In this document: positions 1 through 8,602 of the stretch, one piece after another
How the letters are laid out: each line of letters begins with the position of its first letter
Numbering within the stretch: the stretch's first letter is position 1
Virus record (IMG/VR): IMGVR_UViG_3300033153_015063
Location: 62,001 to 126,000 of that record
Reading direction: 5' to 3' (one strand)
DNA length: 64,000 nt
The notes under the pieces: generated by a model
Told to the model about the DNA's origin: nothing
Databases searched by the model: none
What the model saw: only the letters and a program-made list of their open reading frames with translations
Translations under genes and position numbers: made by a program

Positions 1-241
1 ATAGTTCTAATCCATCAATACCGCTGATTATTTTACAGACCTCACCACACCAGTCATTGCTGTCGTAAACAATAACTTGTTCTGGATGCCTCTCGATGAA
101 GGACCTCACATCTGTTTCAACGTCGTTACCACCAAGGTAGTGTCCGACTGCAACAGGAATGGAGTCGAGGGACGCAACTTTGTTGAGACTCAATGAAGTT
201 TGTTTGACGGCAAATACATCGAGATAAGCGTCATAACCCAT
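1..241 (-). CDS. hypothetical protein, runs off the window start (MGYDAYLDVFAVKQ...)
   Basis: ATG at 241 overlaps the TGA of the upstream gene; frame open to position 1; not in the ORF track. Confidence 0.6.
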   Translation of the reverse strand, partial: MGYDAYLDVFAVKQTSLSLNKVASLDSIPVAVGHYLGGNDVETDVRSFIERHPEQVIVYDSNDWCGEVCKIISGIDGLEL

Positions 242-399
242 CAGTGCCACGCACCACAGGAACACGGGCCCTCTCGCACATCACAACCATTTCCCAATCT
301 GGTCAGGAACCCCCCTCCAAGTGCCAGACCGTCGATGGTGCCGGTTTTCCTGTCGGTTGCTTTCTTCACCAACTCTTGAAAGGTTGGTTTTTCACTCAT
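241..399 (-). CDS. small hypothetical protein ending in CSCGAWH
   Basis: start moved to ATG 399 (MSEKPTF), downstream of a TTTATAAA box near 422-429. Confidence 0.55.
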   Translation of the reverse strand: MSEKPTFQELVKKATDRKTGTIDGLALGGGFLTRLGNGCDVREGPCSCGAWH

Positions 400-515
400 A
401 TCACTGGATCGCCTGTCTGTCTTTATAAAGATATCACTCTTCACTATCCTACTTGGTTGACGCCATGAACCATGAACCAATCCATTTAAATACAACACCA
501 GGCATTGGAGTGTTG

Positions 516-728
516 ATGTTAAGCGGGTTTGTAATCAAACCACTCCTATCTCCACTGGTCGAAACGGTCTACGTCGGAGAGAATAGAATCTACAACATGG
601 GAGAGACCACACACATCGAGGACGGAGAGGTTGTTGAGATAGCCAGAATGATTGATAACATTCTTCGGCACTCAGGTGACTTTGTTGCCCGGGAGGGGAA
701 CCGATTGGTCCCTGTGCCAAAACGCTAA
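516..728 (+). CDS. hypothetical protein
   Basis: TTTAAATA at 485 and GGAGTG before ATG 516. Confidence 0.55.
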   Translation: MLSGFVIKPLLSPLVETVYVGENRIYNMGETTHIEDGEVVEIARMIDNILRHSGDFVAREGNRLVPVPKR

Positions 729-777
729 GTTTTTTAACACTCCATGCGTCTTTCCTGTTCAGGGACACCGGGCAGGT

Positions 778-1185
778 ATGGATTATAAAATCTTAACAGG
801 AAACACCTTTTTTCATTGTAATAGATGCCTGGTGCCACTCCAGGGAATAGAATATTGGGTTGCTTTTCTGTTTGTCTATGGTGCTGACCACAACTTGGAC
901 AAGGTCGACGAAAGATACTACTGCACAACCTGTCTCGATCTGTCGATGGACGCTGGGGATGGCTGTTCCTTTTGCCTCAAGTACGTGGATATGATGTTAG
1001 GTTGGTATTGGGAGTTACTTCTTTTCGAGAAGGAGAGTGATTGGTTGGATGAACCCAAAGAAAAGCGATACTCCTGCCATAGTTGTATGACCAACTTCGA
1101 CCAGAAGATAGAGGCTGGTCACGAACCGCAATCAGAAGAAAAAAATGGGTTTAGATTGAATGAGTTGTCTGGGTTCAGGCCCTGA
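778..1185 (+). CDS. Cys-rich putative zinc-binding protein
   Basis: four CxxC pairs; start placed at ATG 778 (MDYKIL). Confidence 0.6.
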   Translation: MDYKILTGNTFFHCNRCLVPLQGIEYWVAFLFVYGADHNLDKVDERYYCTTCLDLSMDAGDGCSFCLKYVDMMLGWYWELLLFEKESDWLDEPKEKRYSCHSCMTNFDQKIEAGHEPQSEEKNGFRLNELSGFRP

Positions 1186-1351
1186 ACTGGTGGATCTTCT
1201 TTGGGGGCATCATCAACACCTCATAAACCATATCAGTGGGTTGATGCCCGGCCCTTTGTCCCTCTTCATCCATCCAGTCATAGTACTCTTTCAGTTCACT
1301 CTTCAGCACAAGGCCTGCCAGGACTCCGTTGCCCATTACTGCCATAGACAT
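1175..1351 (-). CDS. 58-aa hypothetical protein (MSMAVMGNG...HQFRA)
   Basis: below the track cutoff; preceded by AGGTGA RBS, TTATATAA box (1385-1392) and the 17-bp upstream motif. Confidence 0.65.
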   Translation of the reverse strand: MSMAVMGNGVLAGLVLKSELKEYYDWMDEEGQRAGHQPTDMVYEVLMMPPKKIHQFRA

Positions 1352-1407
1352 ACTTACATCACCTACTACTCGCTTTGTAGCCGATTATATAATAGTTACT
1401 GCCCGTT

Positions 1408-1424
1408 AACAGTAAAAAGCGTAA
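1408..1424 (-). promoter_or_regulatory. 17-bp upstream motif TTACGCTTTTTACTGTT
   Basis: one of 10 copies; 15 nt upstream of a TATA box. Confidence 0.7.
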
Positions 1425-1425
1425 T

Positions 1426-2079
1426 TTACTCGAATGAGTTTGCGACGTAGCCTGCCAGGGCACCCAGCAATCCAGCTACGATGGCTGCATTGATAGTCAC
1501 CTCGTAGATTAAAGGTGGCCAGTAGATGATTATCAATATTGGAAATATAACCGTAAAGGCCATGAGTGGCCTACCGACATCGACACCAAGTCGAACCATG
1601 AAGAATAGTAGAAAAACTCCGAAAACCAACGAAAGGAAAGCGACCTCTGTTCTTTCGACCTCGATTGGGGCGAGGTAGACAAACAGGAGTGCCAATGCAA
1701 TTGTGAAGATGAATGGATATACTTTCAGGTCTTTTCCCGGGCCCCCATCTTTTATTTTCAGTTGCTCGTAGTGAAAAAGAAGGAAACCACCTATCCCGAA
1801 GTACATACCAACTGAACCGCAGAACAACACCAGATTGCCCTCCATCCCCTGTGATACCCAGTACCAGAAAGGCAGCACGATGAACGTCGTCATGGTCCCA
1901 AGTCTCCATGGCCCACCCCACGTCTCAAGTGTGCCATAGACAACTACCGCCGCCAACATACCTATGACCACACACAGCATGTTGATTTGCCTGGTGAAGG
2001 GGAACACCATGAGTGCTATTGCTACACCGATGACGACCACGAGATAGTGCATCTCCTCGTTTTTGTCCACTAAACTCAA
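1426..2079 (-). CDS. polytopic membrane protein
   Basis: about 8 hydrophobic segments; overlaps the upstream stop codon. Confidence 0.75.
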   Translation of the reverse strand: MSLVDKNEEMHYLVVVIGVAIALMVFPFTRQINMLCVVIGMLAAVVVYGTLETWGGPWRLGTMTTFIVLPFWYWVSQGMEGNLVLFCGSVGMYFGIGGFLLFHYEQLKIKDGGPGKDLKVYPFIFTIALALLFVYLAPIEVERTEVAFLSLVFGVFLLFFMVRLGVDVGRPLMAFTVIFPILIIIYWPPLIYEVTINAAIVAGLLGALAGYVANSFE

Positions 2080-2279
2080 CTCCTTTGGCGTCTATAGACA
2101 TACAGTCCATAAAAAAGTATCGCTAGCCCGACGCCAAGGGCTGCGTAGGGGTTGATGGTATCGAGGTAATCACGGATAGGGTCTGCGATGAGTTCAATGC
2201 CGAACGAGATAAGGATACCGACCAGGATGGCTGTAGTGACCCATTTCCTCGAAGAACTATCTCCGCCTAACTGTTCCAT
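2076..2279 (-). CDS. small 2-TM membrane protein
   Basis: two hydrophobic helices and a basic tail; part of an operon. Confidence 0.7.
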   Translation of the reverse strand: MEQLGGDSSSRKWVTTAILVGILISFGIELIADPIRDYLDTINPYAALGVGLAILFYGLYVYRRQRS

Positions 2280-2854
2280 ATCTTCCGCCTCATCCTGTTC
2301 TCATGGAAATCTCCGCCGATTCCCCTGCCGATTTCCATAAACTCCGGCCGGCCCTCATCGTCTATGTCACTTGGGGCACGTTCCACGATGATACCACGCT
2401 TCCCCTCGACAGAAGTTTCTTCCATAGGATGCATCGAATCGTATTGAGACACGCTTTGTTTCAGGTCGTCAAAATCCTCTTCGTCAGATGACATAATAAT
2501 CAAACAGTCCTCGTCGCCTTTCCTGACAACAGCGAGTTCATAGTCATCATCACGGTGAACTTCAATAACCTCTCCTTCATCTTCCAGGTCGCCGGTATCA
2601 TGGCCCATCGCCCTCATCATCTTTGCCATCATCAGGGCCTGAAATGCCTGTTCTGACTCTGGTGTAACCTGAGTGTCGGACTGGGGTTCTCCGGGACCTC
2701 TGGTCTCTTCCACTATGGCATCAGGAGGGCCCTTCCATCTATCCTTATTGTAGATAGTCCCATCTTCGTTGACCCGGCCGAGGTACTTGTCGGCTCCTTT
2801 CTCGGGGTCGTACATATAGGCGTACCAACTGTCTTTAACGGGTTGTTTCCACAT
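2267..2854 (-). CDS. acidic protein with a divergent leader-like N-terminus
   Basis: SWYAYMYDPEKGADKYLGRV resembles the Y-x-Y...Y-x-G hairpin of the leader family. Confidence 0.7.
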   Translation of the reverse strand: MWKQPVKDSWYAYMYDPEKGADKYLGRVNEDGTIYNKDRWKGPPDAIVEETRGPGEPQSDTQVTPESEQAFQALMMAKMMRAMGHDTGDLEDEGEVIEVHRDDDYELAVVRKGDEDCLIIMSSDEEDFDDLKQSVSQYDSMHPMEETSVEGKRGIIVERAPSDIDDEGRPEFMEIGRGIGGDFHENRMRRKIWNS

Positions 2855-3656
2855 TGGATGAGCCTCCTCTCATTATAACCGGGTCTACCAGGACATTCAG
2901 TGTCCTGGGCCTGATAGATGTATTATGGGTATTGGATTTAAGATTTACCCCTCTTTCTGCCATTTCATTTTCCACAACAAGTGCTTCATGCTCATCCTCT
3001 ACTACAATCTGAACGTCACCACTATGGTCGATAAGGACGGGACGGTCACAACGTACAAGGAAATGATAGATGGTAGCTTCGGTTCTGATAGAATCCTTCA
3101 ATGCACGACCTTCGGCTCCATACTTGGTCATCACGTTCTCGATATCCTCACTTGGGACGCTTCTTGCTGTTGCCAGGTTTATCGTTGCACGTTCAGGAAA
3201 ATCCAGGTTGAGAAGTGGTGCCTCCTGACCATCCCCATCATATTTCAATAAAGTGCCCAACTCGGTCTGGGACTCGGAGACCCCTGGCGGGTTTCTGAAA
3301 TTGACCTGCCCATCTGAGATGTAGATATCTTTGAACTCACGGATCATATCTGGATAGGAACCGAGGATCACCTTTGAAGAGAGATGAGTACTGTCATCGA
3401 GACCTGATGCAATCTGGCCGTCGCTCAGACCATCGGACTTGAATCTCCTGACCGTTGCATCTGTCACCAGAGCTTCGTTCACAATCGGAACCTGTTCTTT
3501 TTCAAAAATTGACATCATCCACTTCTCGAACTCGACTTCCTTTACGTAGTCATTCCATCTACCAAGATACTCTGTGTCCCCATCCCGCTTCCTGTAAGCA
3601 TAATAATTCCCTGAACCTTTTGGGATCTCATTTTTTGAAGCGGGATATTCAGACAT
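2835..3656 (-). CDS. protein with a divergent leader module
   Basis: N-terminal EIPKGSGNYYAYRKRDGDTEYLGRW. Confidence 0.8.
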   Translation of the reverse strand: MSEYPASKNEIPKGSGNYYAYRKRDGDTEYLGRWNDYVKEVEFEKWMMSIFEKEQVPIVNEALVTDATVRRFKSDGLSDGQIASGLDDSTHLSSKVILGSYPDMIREFKDIYISDGQVNFRNPPGVSESQTELGTLLKYDGDGQEAPLLNLDFPERATINLATARSVPSEDIENVMTKYGAEGRALKDSIRTEATIYHFLVRCDRPVLIDHSGDVQIVVEDEHEALVVENEMAERGVNLKSNTHNTSIRPRTLNVLVDPVIMRGGSSNVETTR

Positions 3657-3672
3657 CTATATCACTTACATC

Positions 3673-4704
3673 CTAGTTGTTTAAAAATGATTGGATAAAA
3701 TATAACCCTGCACCCCACATTACCGCAATGGAAACAAATTTGATTACGGGATGTTCTACATGTCGTGGGAAGAATATATACAGGAAACCAAAGAAGGTAA
3801 GATACATCGCCAGACCGACATAGATAAAATCTACATCCTCTTTGCTATTATCCTCATCAGCATCTGCCAGTTTAAGGTACCCTTCGGCACTCGGAATTAT
3901 ATCTGAACCAACTCCTATCTCAATCTCATCAAACATTATCTGGTCATTGAGTTCAAAGCCTATCGAGTTATCATTATCGAACTCAAACCTGGGGTCAGAC
4001 AGTAACTCGACAACCATAGCCAGTCCTGTTGCCACAGGTATTTGTTCTCCATCAACATCCCATCCCTCCAGTGGTTGGAGAACCAACGTGAAGGGTTCTG
4101 CGGGATTCATCGTATGGACAGTCCAGGCAAATCCCATCCAACGTTCTGTTCCATCACCCCTGACCCAGTCCTCTTCCTCACCATAACAGAAAAGGCCCAC
4201 ATTTTTTGCCTCTACAGACACACTCCTGATATGAAACAGGTCTATGGCTATCCCACGCCCACCATCGTTACAAGACCCCGAAAAAGCAAAGGAAAGTAAC
4301 ATAAAATCGTCGGGGCTGTCCAACCCACGTGAACCTACATCAATTTCATCGGGTGATAGATAGAGACCGAAGAACATGGTCTCTGGGACCTCGGTTGGTA
4401 GGTCGTTGGTGATAGCACCTGGCTCATCCCCATGCCACGTCAAGCGATACATGAAGTGGCCATGTTCCACCTGGTTGATGGTCAACCCTGTCCTGGCTAT
4501 CCCCCCGATTGTCACTACCTCTGAGCCAATTGCACCATCACCACCGAAACCATTTGTAGATGGTTCAGTGGTCTCGTTGACCTCGATGATACTACCATCA
4601 TTCACATCCCACTTCTCAACGTCGTCAAGGACCTCGGCACCAGCACCTGTGAGTATAGAAATGAAAAGTAATAATAACATTATGAAAGATATCTTATTGC
4701 ACAC
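3673..4704 (-). CDS. secreted, C-terminally anchored surface protein; paralog of 4959-6236
   Basis: GTG 4704 overlaps the upstream TAG; signal peptide; HGHFMYRLTW motif; two C-terminal TM helices. Confidence 0.75.
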   Translation of the reverse strand: MCNKISFIMLLLLFISILTGAGAEVLDDVEKWDVNDGSIIEVNETTEPSTNGFGGDGAIGSEVVTIGGIARTGLTINQVEHGHFMYRLTWHGDEPGAITNDLPTEVPETMFFGLYLSPDEIDVGSRGLDSPDDFMLLSFAFSGSCNDGGRGIAIDLFHIRSVSVEAKNVGLFCYGEEEDWVRGDGTERWMGFAWTVHTMNPAEPFTLVLQPLEGWDVDGEQIPVATGLAMVVELLSDPRFEFDNDNSIGFELNDQIMFDEIEIGVGSDIIPSAEGYLKLADADEDNSKEDVDFIYVGLAMYLTFFGFLYIFFPRHVEHPVIKFVSIAVMWGAGLYFIQSFLNN

Positions 4705-4949
4705 TATTTCCCACTTCCAAGTGTCCTCTCGATGAAAATAACTATGAACACGACAGAGATTGTCAATACGACCAGATAGGCAAATTGGCCGAGTGGGGAA
4801 TCCGAGAACACAGGGAGGTAGGTATGGAACCACTCAGAGATAACGGCCCTGTATTCGAGAGCAAGGAAAAAACCGAGAGCTACAATGACGAGTTGGACCA
4901 ATCTTTCTCTGATAGCAGATGCCAGATTGGAGAAGAACTCAAACACCAA
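4704..4949 (-). CDS. small 2-TM protein, possibly DUF5654-like
   Basis: two TM helices; family resemblance judged by eye only. Confidence 0.65.
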   Translation of the reverse strand: MVFEFFSNLASAIRERLVQLVIVALGFFLALEYRAVISEWFHTYLPVFSDSPLGQFAYLVVLTISVVFIVIFIERTLGSGK

Positions 4950-4958
4950 CTCAACACC

Positions 4959-6236
4959 TCACAACACGACGTAGACCAACACGAATATGGCTACAGCAGC
5001 TCCGGCCAACATGGCCCATTTCACAAATTTGTTCTCAAGCAGCGTAGGACTCACTACAGACAGAACTCCGATGGTCACCATAACGGCACTACTCAATACG
5101 ATTAAGAACGTGTCGAAAGTGCCAATTTCATCTACCACTTCTTTTTCATCTTTGTCAGATGCTTCGAGCTCCGCCAGAACCTCGTTGACTCGTTCTTCGG
5201 CATAGGCGGAGGTGTAGACGTCGTGGGCCCGGTCAAATGGTTCATCATCATCCCCATCTCCCAGGACTACGTTATCGAAGATGACCTCGGAAGTTGTTTC
5301 AAAGCCAACAGCATTGCCTTCATCGGGGAATATTATGTTAGCGTCGATGAGTAACGTCTTTGTGACAGTAGTCACCGGGACCATGACGTTGGATGCAAAG
5401 CTCAGGAATTTACCCTGGAGATACTGGATTTCAACAGCAGTTTGACTCTCTGAGCCTGTGGGTGGAGTTATGTTCCAGGCAAACCCAAGCCATTTCTCTT
5501 CGGTGGTCCCTGCATAAAACCAGTTGTCCTGGTAATGGTCGTCGGTCCCTACGCAGAGTATGTCAAGGCGGTTGAAAGTGACAAACGACCCATCTACCAC
5601 GTAGTAAAACTCCAGGTAAACCTGCCATCCACAGGCCTTTGAATACATCTCATTCGATGGATGCATGGTGTAATCCAGATTGTTGACGAAAGTCATCGTC
5701 ATAACCAGGAAAGTTGGGTCACCAGCCCCGGTCAAAACACCAAACTCTCCCACTTCGGCGTCACGGTCTGGCATCCAGTAGACGGCAAAGAAGGTTTTCT
5801 CCTTGAATGCAGTCGAGATAGTCCGAAGGTCGTTCTGCACCTCGTCAGGCTGACCACCTTCCATAATATCCCAGGTATGTCGGTACATGAACCGACCATG
5901 AAGAACCTCGTCCTTGTTCAGGTCGTTCTTGGCGACACCTGTCATCTCGATTGGCTCAGACGTTGGGGTGGTCCCAAATGCCGATCCATCATCGAGAAAA
6001 CCATCGGTTGCCAGATGGCTGGGTTCTGTTTCATCTGTCATCAGAAGCACGTCGTCGTTGATATCCCAGAAATCCAGATCCTGGCTGTAGATTGTCCCAC
6101 GACCAGGTGCAAGCTCCTGGTCCAACTTGGTCAGTTTCGACCAGTCCACGGCCATGGCTGGGGTGGAGAGAAGGAACAATCCCACCACCATGACAACCAG
6201 GACCATCGTTGATTTGTTTTTCATCTCTGTCACCAC
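4959..6236 (-). CDS. secreted, C-terminally anchored surface protein
   Basis: signal peptide ending PAMA; HGRFMYRHTW motif; two C-terminal TM helices. Confidence 0.8.
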   Translation of the reverse strand: MVTEMKNKSTMVLVVMVVGLFLLSTPAMAVDWSKLTKLDQELAPGRGTIYSQDLDFWDINDDVLLMTDETEPSHLATDGFLDDGSAFGTTPTSEPIEMTGVAKNDLNKDEVLHGRFMYRHTWDIMEGGQPDEVQNDLRTISTAFKEKTFFAVYWMPDRDAEVGEFGVLTGAGDPTFLVMTMTFVNNLDYTMHPSNEMYSKACGWQVYLEFYYVVDGSFVTFNRLDILCVGTDDHYQDNWFYAGTTEEKWLGFAWNITPPTGSESQTAVEIQYLQGKFLSFASNVMVPVTTVTKTLLIDANIIFPDEGNAVGFETTSEVIFDNVVLGDGDDDEPFDRAHDVYTSAYAEERVNEVLAELEASDKDEKEVVDEIGTFDTFLIVLSSAVMVTIGVLSVVSPTLLENKFVKWAMLAGAAVAIFVLVYVVL

Positions 6237-8602
6237 CCATAGGCAGTCTGTCCAAAGCTCACATCACTTACAGGGTCAAAGACGCCCAACGCAGCAAATA
6301 CGAATAGCACCACTCCAAGGATTATTGGTATGAGTGCGATGTCGGAACCCTGGGAGTCACTCTTTGATACGAAGTACTGGAGACCAACTCCAACGAGTAG
6401 GAACATCAGTGCTATTGAAGTCCAGATGTGTTGGAGTATGAGGCCGAGGAATACCCCAAGTGCTATGATAACCCCACCTATGACAATGACACCAATGGTG
6501 AACAAATTGCCGGTCTCAGAAGTTTCCTCGATGTCGGTTTTACTCCTTATCAGGAATCCACCGAACACCACCCCAGCACCAGCTACTATGAAGTAGGCCT
6601 GGGTTCTACCCAGGCCCTCTGGCACGAAAGCCCTGATGACACCAAGTACGATGACGGCGACGACGCCTACCAATGCGGCCAGGCGGGCCCACTCATCTGT
6701 AGCCTTTGGTAGTTGAACGGGTAATACAAAGTAGATTACAATACCAGCGATGATACCAGCAATGAGTAGCCAATAGGTGTCAAAGAACGTTGATATGGTG
6801 CTGCGGGCTGTGACCACCTCGCCACCTTTGAAGCCCTCGAATATCTGCATGGAGAGTGCCCGGCCCGTGATTGTGTAGTCGCCTTCGCCAGTCGCCTCGA
6901 TGGTGAATTTTTTCGAATATTTGTTGTGGGTCCCATCATCATAGACATCCTCGTACACATCGGTCTCGACACTATCTTTCAACTCTACAGCACCTTCTAC
7001 CTCGTAGCTGAGAGAGATGCTTTCGTGATGCCCGATAACGGTGTAAGTGACAGTGATTTCTTTGGTGACATCCTGGACCATCTCAGATGGTGCAGAGATA
7101 ACAACGAGAATATCAGGGGCCTCCCGCTTGATGAAATACGACTTTGAATTTTTACCACCACCATCGTCATACACACTTATGCCGATACGTACCTCTGGTT
7201 CTGATTGGCAGGTCAGGGTTGCGGTCGCCTCACTACCAGACACACTCTGGGTGATTGCGGCCTGTTCATCACATATCAACTCTATTCTGGTCAAACTCTT
7301 TCCAGTATCGGGTTTAGCGGTGATGTCAAACCCTGAGTTGGTCCCTTCATTCGTGATAAGTGTGCCAAGAGTACCAACCAATATCGGTCTGTCCTGAAAG
7401 TAAGGCGGATGGTCCCACTCTATTGCCGTGATTGTGGGTTCAGAACCACTGGCCGATAGAACGGCCAGAGTTAATGTCTCGGTGACGGTCTGTACACCTG
7501 GTTCCGATGCCGTGATAGTCAAAGTGAGACTACCAGCCGAGGTTGGTAACCAATTGAACGTGAGTTTGTATATCTGCGTTCCAAGTGTTGCAACAGCCTT
7601 CAGATTGCTGATGGAAGAACCAAGACTGTCAGATGCAGACCAGTACGCCGAACAAGTTCCGTCACAGCTCATGTCGGTACTCAGAGAGTTGTGGAAGTTG
7701 ACCTCGACAGACCTGGTATTACCAGAGAACACGTCATAGTCCGTCCCAGGTTTCTGGCCGCTTGCCCACGAGAAGGTACCAACGTCAGAGGTCCGATGAA
7801 TTATAAGGTCATCTACCCAGGAATTTCCGAATCTGTAGTTTGTGTAGTGTTCTAGACCATACTTACTCATCTCGATTCCAATCTGCTTGATAGTGAAGCT
7901 ATGTGAGATTGTAGCGAGTCTCCGTCCGTTCAAGTCTACGCTGAAGGTTCCACTTGAGACCAATACCTGGATATGGTTCCAGTCACCAGCCACATTACCG
8001 CTACCATCTACGTTACCATTACCCCATTTCAGGGTGGTTTGAATACCCTGTATAACTTTTGTCTCAACTACATTATTATTTGTGTGGCTTCTGACAAAAA
8101 GATTAGAAGTTCCAAGATGACGGTAGAATCTAATACTTATCCCATCTTCGGGACTAGTGATACCAAAATTTGAAGGGCCAAGACCTTGCCTCAATTGATG
8201 TTCTTCAAAATAAACCCCAAACGTGTTGTCATGTACCTGACTCTGCCAGAGAAAGTATCCATCGAAGATAAATTCATCAGTGGCAGAAGCGGTGTTATAG
8301 TCAAAAACAGCGTCCACAATACCACCACATTCGATTGCGTTTTTGCCACTAAGACCAACACAAGGACTTGTGACAATGGCAATGTTATCGGTTCCACGAG
8401 ATGCCAGAGACGTAGTTCTCTCGATATAAGGGCCATACCCCTGAGAATCCGATTTGAAATCACCGTCGGTAGATACCCAGACCGTTGCTATTTCAGGGTT
8501 GCTGACCTGTCCATAGATGTTACAAAAACCCACCATGATGATGAGTATAACAACCATTCCAGCAATGTAGACTGGTTTTGTCAATTTACTCATATTATTC
8601 AC
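6230..8602 (-). CDS. surface protein with lectin/LamG-like and Ig-like regions and about 6 C-terminal TM helices
   Basis: N-terminal anchor; GDWNHIQV...VDLNG pattern; Ser/Thr-rich beta segments. Confidence 0.75.
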   Translation of the reverse strand: MNNMSKLTKPVYIAGMVVILIIMVGFCNIYGQVSNPEIATVWVSTDGDFKSDSQGYGPYIERTTSLASRGTDNIAIVTSPCVGLSGKNAIECGGIVDAVFDYNTASATDEFIFDGYFLWQSQVHDNTFGVYFEEHQLRQGLGPSNFGITSPEDGISIRFYRHLGTSNLFVRSHTNNNVVETKVIQGIQTTLKWGNGNVDGSGNVAGDWNHIQVLVSSGTFSVDLNGRRLATISHSFTIKQIGIEMSKYGLEHYTNYRFGNSWVDDLIIHRTSDVGTFSWASGQKPGTDYDVFSGNTRSVEVNFHNSLSTDMSCDGTCSAYWSASDSLGSSISNLKAVATLGTQIYKLTFNWLPTSAGSLTLTITASEPGVQTVTETLTLAVLSASGSEPTITAIEWDHPPYFQDRPILVGTLGTLITNEGTNSGFDITAKPDTGKSLTRIELICDEQAAITQSVSGSEATATLTCQSEPEVRIGISVYDDGGGKNSKSYFIKREAPDILVVISAPSEMVQDVTKEITVTYTVIGHHESISLSYEVEGAVELKDSVETDVYEDVYDDGTHNKYSKKFTIEATGEGDYTITGRALSMQIFEGFKGGEVVTARSTISTFFDTYWLLIAGIIAGIVIYFVLPVQLPKATDEWARLAALVGVVAVIVLGVIRAFVPEGLGRTQAYFIVAGAGVVFGGFLIRSKTDIEETSETGNLFTIGVIVIGGVIIALGVFLGLILQHIWTSIALMFLLVGVGLQYFVSKSDSQGSDIALIPIILGVVLFVFAALGVFDPVSDVSFGQTAYGW

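Noticed and set aside
4705-4833. N-terminal extension of ORF 3673-4833
   Set aside because: Overlaps gene 4704-4949; a coupled GTG at 4704 gives a proper signal peptide.
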